Source of the DNA: a virus
Lineage: Duplodnaviria; Caudoviricetes
Length of the DNA: 25,032 nucleotides
Virus record (IMG/VR): IMGVR_UViG_3300011102_000072
Location: 1 to 25,032 of that record
Direction: 5' to 3' (one strand)
The notes under the pieces are model-generated. The model made no database searches, was not told the DNA's origin, and saw nothing but the letters and a program-made list of their open reading frames with translations. Position numbers and translations under genes: made by a program. Position 1 is the first letter of the stretch, and the number at the start of each line of letters is the position of its first letter. This document shows positions 16,836-25,032 of this stretch, one piece after another.

Positions 16836-17701
16836 CGAAAATACTCAATCGTCCGGCGCATGCCTTCCTCAAGAGGAAGAAGGCTATCGGCACTCATCCC
16901 GACCAATGCGAGAGTGGACGTATCGGCCGTTACCCGAGCATTCGGGATCTCTCCGGGGCGCATCGGCAAGTGAACGACTTCAGAACTACTTCCCGTCAGC
17001 CTGACGATCAGCTCGGCAACCTCTCGGACCGTCTTGTGCTCTTCCGGGCCAACCTCAACCGCGCGGTCAAATACCTCACCGCGAGCCGCGCACTCCAGCG
17101 CACGAACCAGCGCTTCAGCAACGTCGCCCACATACACCATATCCGAGACTTGCGTGCCGTCCCCGTACACCTCGACCGGATGTCCGGCCAGCGCCCTGCA
17201 GATGAATGCAGGCGTGATCTTGCGACCCTTTCCGGGGCCGTACGGGGCCGCCGCTAACTGACGCGGACCATACGCATTCATGGCGCGAACGACATTCACG
17301 CGCGTCCCGCGATCCTTGTTGTACATCGATACGAAGCGCTCGATCGTCGTCTTCGTGATCGAATAAGGATTGTTCATCCAGTGATTCCCAACGCCGATAT
17401 AGACGCCGGGAATCTTGTAGTGCGCGCAGGCTTCCAGGAAGTTCAGCCCGCCAACGATGTTGGTCTCGGCAGCCGGACGAGGATTCTGAATCGTCTCCTG
17501 CGTCCCGAGGCAGGCCGCAAGGTGGATGATGCCGTCGCAGTGCGCGGCGAGCTCCATCATCGCAACAGGATCTCGGACATCGCCGAGCATAATCCCGCGC
17601 CCAAGATGATCGAAGACTAGCGTCTCGTGCCCGCGCTCCCTCGCAATATCACACACATATGAGCCGATGAATCCGGCCCCTCCCGTGACGCCTATTCGCA
17701 T
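16832..17701 (-). CDS. NAD-dependent nucleotide-sugar epimerase/dehydratase (extended SDR)
   Basis: VTGGAGFIGS, IIHLAA, YSITK (YxxxK), NAYGPRQ, VYGDG.Q..D..YV.D and RPGE. Start at ATG 17701. Confidence 0.92.
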   Translation of the reverse strand: MRIGVTGGAGFIGSYVCDIARERGHETLVFDHLGRGIMLGDVRDPVAMMELAAHCDGIIHLAACLGTQETIQNPRPAAETNIVGGLNFLEACAHYKIPGVYIGVGNHWMNNPYSITKTTIERFVSMYNKDRGTRVNVVRAMNAYGPRQLAAAPYGPGKGRKITPAFICRALAGHPVEVYGDGTQVSDMVYVGDVAEALVRALECAARGEVFDRAVEVGPEEHKTVREVAELIVRLTGSSSEVVHLPMRPGEIPNARVTADTSTLALVGMSADSLLPLEEGMRRTIEYFR

Positions 17702-18399
17702 TCCGCGTACTTCTTCCAGAGTTCCAGGTTCGCCATCGGATACGTCCACGGGTTTCGATTCCAACCGTGCCAGTGAACGACGCGAGCGTTCGGCTGGATT
17801 GGCTGCTGCGCGCGGTTGCCGAAGTGCTGCCACTCCTTGCCGAGCCGGTGGAAGTTTCCTCGCAGGACGACACCTAGCACGGACTGGACGACGTACTTGA
17901 ACACGAGTTTCGACGTGTTCATGAAATCAAAACACCGCTCAGTGACTCTCTCGCGAAGCCAGACTTCGCGATTGAAGTGAATGAGACCGGCATATAGCCC
18001 TGCATCATCCCAGCGCAAGCCTTCCACCTGCTGACTGATCGGCACCGACTGCACCGCCGCGCATGGTTTCGAGTACTTGAGACTGAACAACGGATTTAGC
18101 GGCTTCAAAATCACTTGGTCTGCATCCATCCAGACCGTATCGCAATCGAACCAATGCGGAAGCATCAACCGGCAGTACATCGCCGGATTCCCGACCGGAT
18201 ATCGATCCGTCGTCGGTAGCTTCACATCCATCACCGGGTTGTGCAGGACTTGTATCCCTCGATCCGCTACTTCCTGCGCAAGATCATCATCACCATACAC
18301 AATGCAGGCGAACTTCAAGCCCGGTGAGTTCGCCTTATATGAGTTGTGCAGCGCCTTCAGTCCAGGCAAGTACGCCCGGTCAATCGCTGTCACAATCAT
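17692..18399 (-). CDS. glycosyltransferase family 8
   Basis: D.AYL, MYCRL.LP, WMDADQVI (DxD), AGL..FN, Q..L and VVHW.G...PW. Confidence 0.85.
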   Translation of the reverse strand: MIVTAIDRAYLPGLKALHNSYKANSPGLKFACIVYGDDDLAQEVADRGIQVLHNPVMDVKLPTTDRYPVGNPAMYCRLMLPHWFDCDTVWMDADQVILKPLNPLFSLKYSKPCAAVQSVPISQQVEGLRWDDAGLYAGLIHFNREVWLRERVTERCFDFMNTSKLVFKYVVQSVLGVVLRGNFHRLGKEWQHFGNRAQQPIQPNARVVHWHGWNRNPWTYPMANLELWKKYAECE

Positions 18400-19018
18400 C
18401 GATTGCCATCCTCGAAAAACATTCCAGTGCGGTGTCTCTCGTGCAGTTCACGATCTCGACCGCACCCTGCTTCGCGACCGACTCATACAGGCTCAACAGT
18501 CCAACGTGGACGCCGTTCCTGACTTTAACCTTTGGCCAGTGCTGCAGTTCTTTCGGGTACTCGCCGAAGTAGTGCCTCGGCTTCGACCCAACATGCCTAC
18601 TTGCGCCGTCGTAGTCCGGCGCATACTTGAGGTCATACCCAAGCAGAACAATTCTCCTCGCGCCCATGAGGTACGCGAGATTGACGAGCGAAAATCCAGA
18701 CCCGTGCCCGTGATGTACGTATCTAGGGTCGCTCGACAATCCAGGTCGATCCTTGCCGTCGATCCAGTTGAGTCCGTATCGTTTGGCAGCGCCCTTGCTT
18801 CCGGTCCACTTCTCGCAAGGATCGTTTGCGAGTTCATCGCACCAGTAGTGGTCCCACCATTTCTCATCGCAGCCGTACAGAACGTCGAGCTGCGTTAGCT
18901 TCCAGACGTTATTACAGCCGAACATCGCGAAGCCCTTGCGCTTCGCAGTGTCTACGTCAGCTTGCGTGAGCGAAGGTCCGGTGGCTATGCAGGCAACGGT
19001 CCCGCTGAACTTCCGCAA
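18380..19018 (-). CDS. putative glycosyltransferase, Maf/MptE-like (DUF115, GT42-like fold), paralog 2
   Basis: CIATGPSL, GCN, SGFSLVNLAYLMGARRIVLLGYD and IVNCT..TAL.CF. TTG start with GAGGA RBS. Confidence 0.7.
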   Translation of the reverse strand: MRKFSGTVACIATGPSLTQADVDTAKRKGFAMFGCNNVWKLTQLDVLYGCDEKWWDHYWCDELANDPCEKWTGSKGAAKRYGLNWIDGKDRPGLSSDPRYVHHGHGSGFSLVNLAYLMGARRIVLLGYDLKYAPDYDGASRHVGSKPRHYFGEYPKELQHWPKVKVRNGVHVGLLSLYESVAKQGAVEIVNCTRDTALECFSRMAIDDCDSD

Positions 19019-19658
19019 TCGCTTCCTCGAGACTTGTCATTCGAAAGCTCGTGAGCGCGCTTCCCGGAGTCGCGTTCACGATACTGATATGCGCTGGCAA
19101 ATTCTTCGCCGCGCGATCAAACCGCTTCACGTATCCACGGAAATGCTGATCCGTGTTGGTATGCAATTCCTTCGGATGGTCTCCGAAGAAATGAGACTTC
19201 CCGCCAACGTGCCGCATATCGAAGCCAACTAGCACGATCTGCGTGCAGCCCTTCAGGATAGCGAGGTTGATCGCCTGAAAGCCAGAGTTCGACCCATAGT
19301 GAATAACGCCAGGATCGAACGAGAATTCATCGCCGTCCTTACCTCGCACGATATTGATCTTGTACAGCTCCGCAGCCTCGCGCTTGTCGTTCAAATTATT
19401 CCCGACTTCGTGCGTCGACCACTTCTCGCCTGCGAACCCATTGCAGTCCTTATGCACCCTCCACCATGACGGGTTACATCCATACATTGCATCCGCCCAC
19501 GGCATCAGCTTGTAGGCATCCTGTACCGCGATAACCCGCCACTGGTCGACCCATCGCGTCATCCTGACTTTCGACACGACCTCCGGCGTCAGCGATGGCC
19601 CGGGGGCCGCGACAAAGCAGGGCTCACCAGCCCAGTCAGCCTGGATTTCGAATTGCAT
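18957..19658 (-). CDS. putative glycosyltransferase, Maf/MptE-like (DUF115, GT42-like fold), paralog 1
   Basis: VAAPGPSL, NSGFQAINLAILKGCTQIVLVGFD, HFFG and IVNATPGSAL..F. Probable start MQFEIQ at 19658. Confidence 0.7.
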   Translation of the reverse strand: MQFEIQADWAGEPCFVAAPGPSLTPEVVSKVRMTRWVDQWRVIAVQDAYKLMPWADAMYGCNPSWWRVHKDCNGFAGEKWSTHEVGNNLNDKREAAELYKINIVRGKDGDEFSFDPGVIHYGSNSGFQAINLAILKGCTQIVLVGFDMRHVGGKSHFFGDHPKELHTNTDQHFRGYVKRFDRAAKNLPAHISIVNATPGSALTSFRMTSLEEAIAEVQRDRCLHSHRTFAHAS

Positions 19659-19785
19659 TCTTGTTTTCGGGAGCAGCGCCCATCGCCTTGTTCTCAGGCG
19701 CGGGCTTCTTTCGATTCCGTTTAATCGCGCCGCCAAGAGCGAGGATCAATCGCTCTCGCAGCGAGTACTTCCGACGTTTACCCAT
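19636..19785 (-). CDS. small basic protein with APENK repeats (49 aa), not in ORF track
   Basis: MGKRRKYSLRERLILALGGAIKRNRKKPAPENKAMGAAPENKNAIRNPG*. It fills the gap after the capsid gene and overlaps the next gene. Confidence 0.55.
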   Translation of the reverse strand: MGKRRKYSLRERLILALGGAIKRNRKKPAPENKAMGAAPENKNAIRNPG

Positions 19786-19816
19786 AAAGACGGGGCGGGG
19801 AATTGCTCCCCGCCCC
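19786..19816 (-). terminator. GC-rich hairpin after major capsid gene
   Basis: 10-bp stem GGGGCGGGGA/TCCCCGCCCC with a 5-nt loop and a weak U tail (GTCTTT). Confidence 0.6.
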
Positions 19817-19825
19817 CTCCCTTTA

Positions 19826-21124
19826 CTAGTCCTCGACCTTGAGGAGTTTGACCGCAGCGTTGTTCGTCACGATGCCGCCGAAGCGACGCGAGACGTAGAA
19901 CGCCGTGTACCCCTTCGTGGTGTACGGATCGCGCAGGATTTCCATGTCGTTGCGCATCGTCAGCGTGTACGCCTTGTTGAAGTCGCCGAAGGCCACCGGG
20001 AACTCGTTGGACGACTTCGGACCGCCCATGTTTTCCCAGGTGAACACTTCGTAGCCGAGGAGCCGATCCGGCTGACCCAACTGCAGCGAGGGCTGCCACA
20101 AGTACTGGCCGGTCGAATCCTTGAACTTACGAACATGCGCCTGCGTCAGCGTGTTCATCGCGAAACGTGCGTTGCCGCGATAACGCGGGTTCAGCGCGTA
20201 CACCAGATCGATAACCGACTCCACCGTGATGCCGCTCGAAGTCTGCGGAGACGACGGGGAGCTGATCGGGATGTACTCGAACGAACCGTGCGCACGCTCC
20301 GGAGAGGCGTAGTCGTCGTTCGTGGCCGGCGCAGTATTGATGAAGCCCGTGGGCTTACCAGAGCCGTCACCGTTCCAGATCGCAGCCGCAAGGCCCACAG
20401 AGAAACCTTCCGAGATGTTGTCGATCAGGAACTGTTCGACGTTGAAGAACAAGTCGCGCAGCGACCAGTTCGACGCCTTCGGATAGGCATAGAGTTCGCC
20501 CCAGGTCGGGGTGCGCTCGCGCAGCTCGGGGCTCGTCGTGGCACTGCGCCCGCCGGTTTCCGTCGACCACGCATAGCTCGCCGTGTTGACGGAGACGAGT
20601 TCCTTGTAGTCCTGCGTTCCGACAGTGACGTTCTTCACGTACTGCGTCACCGGCGAGAGCTTCAGCAGCATCTTGTCGACACTGCGCGAAATCTCCTCGG
20701 GCAACGCATACCCACCGCTCGCGCCGGTTCCGATCACGACATCCTTGACCTCGCGATACTTCGACTGCATGTCGAGGATTTCGCTCTTGATCTGCGGGTC
20801 ATCGAGGCCCGTACGGACAAACGAGATCAGCTTCTCGCGATACTCGCTCTTCGCCTTCTCCTGCACCGTCTGGCGCGGACGGTCGTTGATCGCCTCCAGA
20901 AGCTCCAAACGGTCCTGCTGAAGCTGGATGCGCTTCTCCAGTTCCGCCTTCTTCTTGCTGTTGTCCGTCAGCTCCGCGCTGACCTTCTCCAGCGCCGCAG
21001 CAAGTTCCTTCGCGCGGGCTTCATTGCCCTTGCGCTCTTCCTCGATCCGCTGGTCATTGATCTTCTTGAACTCCTCGAAGGACTTGCCAATGCCCTCGAT
21101 GGCTTCGAACAGTTGATTGCTCAT
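19826..21124 (-). CDS. major capsid protein, HK97 fold with N-terminal delta (scaffold) domain
   Basis: Coiled-coil N-terminus, GGYALPEEI, GDGSGKPTG, KD..G.YLWQP, FGDF..AY, LRDPY..K and R.GG. Confidence 0.96.
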   Translation of the reverse strand: MSNQLFEAIEGIGKSFEEFKKINDQRIEEERKGNEARAKELAAALEKVSAELTDNSKKKAELEKRIQLQQDRLELLEAINDRPRQTVQEKAKSEYREKLISFVRTGLDDPQIKSEILDMQSKYREVKDVVIGTGASGGYALPEEISRSVDKMLLKLSPVTQYVKNVTVGTQDYKELVSVNTASYAWSTETGGRSATTSPELRERTPTWGELYAYPKASNWSLRDLFFNVEQFLIDNISEGFSVGLAAAIWNGDGSGKPTGFINTAPATNDDYASPERAHGSFEYIPISSPSSPQTSSGITVESVIDLVYALNPRYRGNARFAMNTLTQAHVRKFKDSTGQYLWQPSLQLGQPDRLLGYEVFTWENMGGPKSSNEFPVAFGDFNKAYTLTMRNDMEILRDPYTTKGYTAFYVSRRFGGIVTNNAAVKLLKVED

Positions 21125-21138
21125 TTCATTGACTCCAG

Positions 21139-21166
21139 AAACGAAAAAACCCGCTCAAGGCGGGTT
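21139..21166 (-). terminator. intrinsic terminator-like hairpin upstream of capsid gene
   Basis: Minus strand reads AACCCGC-CTTGA-GCGGGTT then TTTTCGTTT. Confidence 0.65.
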
Positions 21167-21190
21167 ACAGGGGGTTGAATGCAGTTCGTG

Positions 21191-21889
21191 CTACGCGATT
21201 TTCGGTAGCTTCAAACTTGCCAGTTGGATGCGTTCAAGCACTGCTTGCGCAGCCTTGACGGCTTCGGTGACTTCTTCAGCATCACGCTGGTCATCCAACA
21301 TCCCGTTGGAGTCGTCATCGTCAAACACTTTGGAACAGATGATCTTCGCTACCTTCTGACTGCACCCGACATCTCGTAGGCGCCGCTCGAATTCGCGAAT
21401 CGTTGGGACATACTCACCGGACGCAGATAGACGCGACTTCACGTGCGCCACCTGAGCCAGAGGATTCATAGGCAGAGAAACAACGGACACTTCCCACAAG
21501 TCAGCCTCTTTGATGAGGCGATGGCCGTCCTTGTCGTAGTCTTGATCGCGCGTCACGTATCCGATGGACAAACCGCGAACGGCGTCCATCTTAAGAAGCG
21601 TATGGATCTCGTTGCCGAGATCTGTATCCGCGAGGACGCCGCGAACGACGAGACCCTTCTTGTCCTCGTGCATGTCGATCCACTTGCCGGGCACTCGAGA
21701 CGGGTCATGCATCCAAAACATCTGCGGAAGCTGATTCGCTTCCTTATGTTCTCGGAGCGACCTCTTGAATGCGCCAGGGAGAACAACGTCCCCGCCAAGA
21801 TCGACATTCTTGAAAATCGAGCCGTATCCCTCGAACTCGCGCTCGTTAAGAGACTTCACTTCCAGAGATACGCAAAGCTTTTCCATCAC
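21191..21889 (-). CDS. HK97-type prohead protease
   Basis: FEGYGSIF..VD.GGD.V.PGAF, W.HD, GLSIGY and L.EVSVV..P.N. Confidence 0.95.
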   Translation of the reverse strand: MMEKLCVSLEVKSLNEREFEGYGSIFKNVDLGGDVVLPGAFKRSLREHKEANQLPQMFWMHDPSRVPGKWIDMHEDKKGLVVRGVLADTDLGNEIHTLLKMDAVRGLSIGYVTRDQDYDKDGHRLIKEADLWEVSVVSLPMNPLAQVAHVKSRLSASGEYVPTIREFERRLRDVGCSQKVAKIICSKVFDDDDSNGMLDDQRDAEEVTEAVKAAQAVLERIQLASLKLPKIA

Positions 21890-23208
21890 TGCACTTCCTG
21901 CGAAAGGCTCACAAGCTTTTTCAATGACTCATCAAGTTTCTGCATCGGATCTTGCTCGGGCGCTGGTTCCTCACCGGCAACTACCATGTTCGATTCGTGG
22001 ATGTAGTCCTCGCCTCCATCCTCTTTAGAGATCGGATTCATGCGCTCGATCTCGCGCCACTCGTTCACGCTAATGACGCCGTTTCGGCGCTGGATCTGCA
22101 GACCTTCCTGGCGAGATCGGAAGTCGGCGCGCAAGATTGAATCGAGGTTGAACCGGATGACAACGCCGGAATTAACGTCGTCATCAGTCAAAAGGTCGCG
22201 CTCCATCGCGGCTTCGAACGACTGCGAAACCGGCATCACGACGTTCAGCGTGAAGTCGCTGTCTTGCTGCTCGACGTTGTTGAACGTCGCGCGTTCTAGA
22301 TCGCCGACCAGATGCGGCGGAACGCCAAAGGCACCTGCAATTACGGTGCGCTGATACTTGCGCGTCTCAAGGAACTGGGCCTTGTCGTTCTCGATCTTGA
22401 CCGGATCGCCGGTCTCAATGCCTTTCGGAAGAAGCAGGGCGTTGTGCGTCTTCCTGCCAGAGAACATCCGCTGAAAATCAGCGATGAACTGCTTTTCCTC
22501 TTCCTGGGTCTTGAAGCGTGCAGCGCCCTGCATGTACTGAAATATCAGCAGCGGCACGGCGCCGTTTTCGAAGAACGACGCGCCGAACCGTTCCGCCGCG
22601 ATCTCTAGGGCGATCGCAAGCGACACATCCTTGACCGGAGAATCGCCGTTGACGAAATCTCGCGCCGGTCCGCGAACGTAGTGGAGCTTCGAAGGATCTA
22701 GATCCTTCCCGTCGTACCTGAACCGGACCGCCCATGTCTCGCGATCCTGCTGCACTGACACGCTTCCGGGATTCAGCGGCAACAGCTCGCGAATCGGTCC
22801 AGTAGATCCGCGCGACTTCCACGCGAAATACTTCCCGTGCCGGACATATGCGCTAGCCGCATCCATCCAGTAGTCGCTGCGGCTTTGCCATTTGTTCGGG
22901 TAGGCCAAGAGCTTCGCTACCGGATGATTCGGCAGCCGCTCCTTCACCTCTCGGCCGTTCTTCGTCGTCTTCCGGTACACATGGACCGGAGACACGGCAA
23001 TGCGGCGAGAAATAGCCGTGACGATCGCATGCACCGTAGGCGACTGCATGCATGTGTCTGGCGTTACAGCATCGATCGCTCCACGGTGAGCCGCAATCAA
23101 CTGCTGCAATACAGACTCGAATTGCGCTTCCTTGAATTCCTGCGGGCGCGACTTCGCCTCCTCCAGCGCCGCGCGGCCCAGAGGGGTTTCCCACCAGAAC
23201 GTCGTCAT
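21886..23208 (-). CDS. portal protein, HK97 family
   Basis: HP...LL..PN, AQFLETR.YQ...IA..FGVPPHL.G, FNNVEQ and NE.R. Confidence 0.95.
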   Translation of the reverse strand: MTTFWWETPLGRAALEEAKSRPQEFKEAQFESVLQQLIAAHRGAIDAVTPDTCMQSPTVHAIVTAISRRIAVSPVHVYRKTTKNGREVKERLPNHPVAKLLAYPNKWQSRSDYWMDAASAYVRHGKYFAWKSRGSTGPIRELLPLNPGSVSVQQDRETWAVRFRYDGKDLDPSKLHYVRGPARDFVNGDSPVKDVSLAIALEIAAERFGASFFENGAVPLLIFQYMQGAARFKTQEEEKQFIADFQRMFSGRKTHNALLLPKGIETGDPVKIENDKAQFLETRKYQRTVIAGAFGVPPHLVGDLERATFNNVEQQDSDFTLNVVMPVSQSFEAAMERDLLTDDDVNSGVVIRFNLDSILRADFRSRQEGLQIQRRNGVISVNEWREIERMNPISKEDGGEDYIHESNMVVAGEEPAPEQDPMQKLDESLKKLVSLSQEVQ

Positions 23209-24704
23209 AGCGCGATCAAGCGCCCCATCGCGTACTCTTCCGGCGCCTCAGATGTGGCACGCCCGAGAGCCATTGCGAGCGCAATGATGCCGTCAATGCG
23301 TCCGGTCGACTTCGCCTTGTCGACCTTGCGATTCCCCGCAGGGTCGCGAGTCGCAACAGCATTGGCAGCACACATGTTCATTACAGGATGGTTCCCGTGT
23401 CTCAGCTTCTCGTTGAGTAAAGCGGCCTCGAGCGCGTCGACGGCCGGCGTCATATCCTTGAACCCTTGACCAAATGGGACGAGTGGAAGATCAATCCCCA
23501 TCCTGGTCAGCTCGCTTTTCAGAACGTCAATCCGCCAGCGGTCGAACGCGATCTCTCGCACTGGCATGTCGTCGCACATCTCGGCAAGTCGCTGTGCGAC
23601 GACCGCGTAATCCACAGATGCCCCAGGCGTGAGGGTTAAGAATCCCTCTCGCGCCCACACGTCATACGGAACGCGGTCTCGATGCGAACGTTCGCGTACA
23701 CCAGCCTCCGGCGCGAAGAACTCACAGCGAACGTTCCATACATCATCATCGCCGCGCGCTACCGCAACCAGCGCGGTCAGGTCATTGCGCGCGGAAAGGT
23801 CGAGACCTATCCAGCAATCGTTTCGGAACGCGCCTTCATCGGGCTCACCAGAGCACGCCTCCCATACCGCCCTCGCGATCATAGGATTGCTCATGTTTAC
23901 GCGCTGGTTCAGAACCAGATTTCGATACGCCGCTTCTCTGGCCGGCATTCGGCGCGCAGCCTCGGCCTGCGACCTGACTTCCTCCGCGTTGAGAAAGTCT
24001 CCGTATGCAGGATTCGCTTGCCTTATGGCTTCCTCGCCGAACGGATCAAGCGACATGTCCGCCGTGTACAGGAAGAGCTTGACCTTCGGGTCTGCCTTGC
24101 TCTTAGCATCATCGATCAGCACGGATAGCAGGTCTGCGTCTGTCGGTGCCTGCGTGCTGATGACAATGGATAGCGGCGACTCCTGCGCGCCTGCCGCAGT
24201 CTCTAGCGCTTCGTATAGCTCGCTACGCGGCCCCTTCACCTGCCCGAGCTCGTCGTGCACAACGAACACCGGAGACAAGCCGTAGGCCGTCGAGGCTTCC
24301 GCAGACAACGCCCGATACAATGTGCCGCGCTCTTCGCAGTACAACTGTTTCGCGGTATCCCTAACCACGATCCAGTCACGCAGGTCCGGCGACATGCGCA
24401 CGACCTTGGCCGCGAGAGAGAATAGAATCGCCGCCTGATCCCTGGATTGCGCAGCGCTGAATAGCTGGCTGTTCGGCCTGGACTCAGGTCCGCACAGATG
24501 CAGCAACAGCAGGAACGCGCTGAGCGTGGTCTTCGCGTTCTTCCTGCCGAAGCTCACAATCGCTCGGCGCGTGGGAGAGTCGTAGATCTCCCGGATGATG
24601 TCCTTCTGCCAATCCCTCAGCCTTACTGGCTTGCCAACGAACTTGCCTTCAGGGATACAGCAGTGACTCTCAATCCACTGTATCGCCTCTTCACCACGGG
24701 TCAT
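23205..24704 (-). CDS. terL: terminase large subunit
   Basis: L.DWQ, Walker A GRKNAKT, Walker B VVHDE, ISTQ, GLDLS..DLTA and RIDG. Confidence 0.96.
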   Translation of the reverse strand: MTRGEEAIQWIESHCCIPEGKFVGKPVRLRDWQKDIIREIYDSPTRRAIVSFGRKNAKTTLSAFLLLLHLCGPESRPNSQLFSAAQSRDQAAILFSLAAKVVRMSPDLRDWIVVRDTAKQLYCEERGTLYRALSAEASTAYGLSPVFVVHDELGQVKGPRSELYEALETAAGAQESPLSIVISTQAPTDADLLSVLIDDAKSKADPKVKLFLYTADMSLDPFGEEAIRQANPAYGDFLNAEEVRSQAEAARRMPAREAAYRNLVLNQRVNMSNPMIARAVWEACSGEPDEGAFRNDCWIGLDLSARNDLTALVAVARGDDDVWNVRCEFFAPEAGVRERSHRDRVPYDVWAREGFLTLTPGASVDYAVVAQRLAEMCDDMPVREIAFDRWRIDVLKSELTRMGIDLPLVPFGQGFKDMTPAVDALEAALLNEKLRHGNHPVMNMCAANAVATRDPAGNRKVDKAKSTGRIDGIIALAMALGRATSEAPEEYAMGRLIAL

Positions 24705-25031
24705 TTATCCCGCTTGCCGCTCCCACGGTCTGCTTGGTTTCGCCTTCTTTGCCGCAGTGTTGGCTGCTTGCGGCGTATACCGTGACTGCTGCGTTAGGCG
24801 AAGCTTCGTTGCGAGTTGAGCCGAAAGATTGGCCGTCTTATTGATCAAGTCGACAAGCGACTTAAACGCCTTCACATCCGCATCAATCGGCAATGCATGC
24901 CAGCGCGCCATCAGCGAGCGGTGCATTATCACCGCCTGACAATACGCTGCTAATACAGGCTGCGAATCGCGCATAAACCAATCAGCCGGCTTCGTTGCGA
25001 CAACATCTCGCCAGACTGCAGCCTCTTCCTC
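24705..25031 (-). CDS. terS: terminase small subunit, 5' end outside window
   Basis: The frame is open to the window edge (EEEAAVWRDVV...DWF...LAAYC...LATKLRLT.QSR) and abuts terL. Confidence 0.8.
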   Translation of the reverse strand, partial: EEEAAVWRDVVATKPADWFMRDSQPVLAAYCQAVIMHRSLMARWHALPIDADVKAFKSLVDLINKTANLSAQLATKLRLTQQSRYTPQAANTAAKKAKPSRPWERQAG

Positions 25032-25032
25032 C

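Noticed and set aside
14918-19658. host LPS/capsule locus or gtrABC serotype-conversion moron
   Set aside because: There is no flippase, polymerase or membrane protein, and the genes are overlapped into the phage late operon with no independent promoter space. Disfavoured, but not experimentally excluded.
19595-21178. 527-aa plus-strand ORF
   Set aside because: It is the antisense shadow of the major capsid gene, expected from biased codon use in GC-rich DNA. It is Arg-rich with no motifs.

Overview
The whole window is a temperate, HK97/lambda-like siphophage genome segment, GC-rich and probably from a Gram-negative proteobacterial host. The minus strand carries a contiguous late operon. In gene order it runs: terS (cut off by the window edge), terL, portal, prohead protease, major capsid, a 7-gene glycan-biosynthesis cassette, head-tail joining genes, tail tube, tail chaperones, tape measure, an enlarged distal tail protein, tail-tip genes and a lysis cassette. 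The plus strand carries a damaged excisionase, a tyrosine integrase, an attP (3' half of an elongator tRNA-Met flanked by inverted IHF sites), three small genes and a two-gene membrane moron. Phage genes lie on both sides of the att core, so this looks like the excised or virion form. The most notable feature is the translationally coupled cassette between the capsid and the head-tail adaptor: 5 transferase-like genes, an NDP-sugar epimerase and a methyltransferase. Together with Ser-Pro loops in the structural proteins, it suggests a virion-glycosylation system. All family calls come from motif recognition by eye; no database searches were run.
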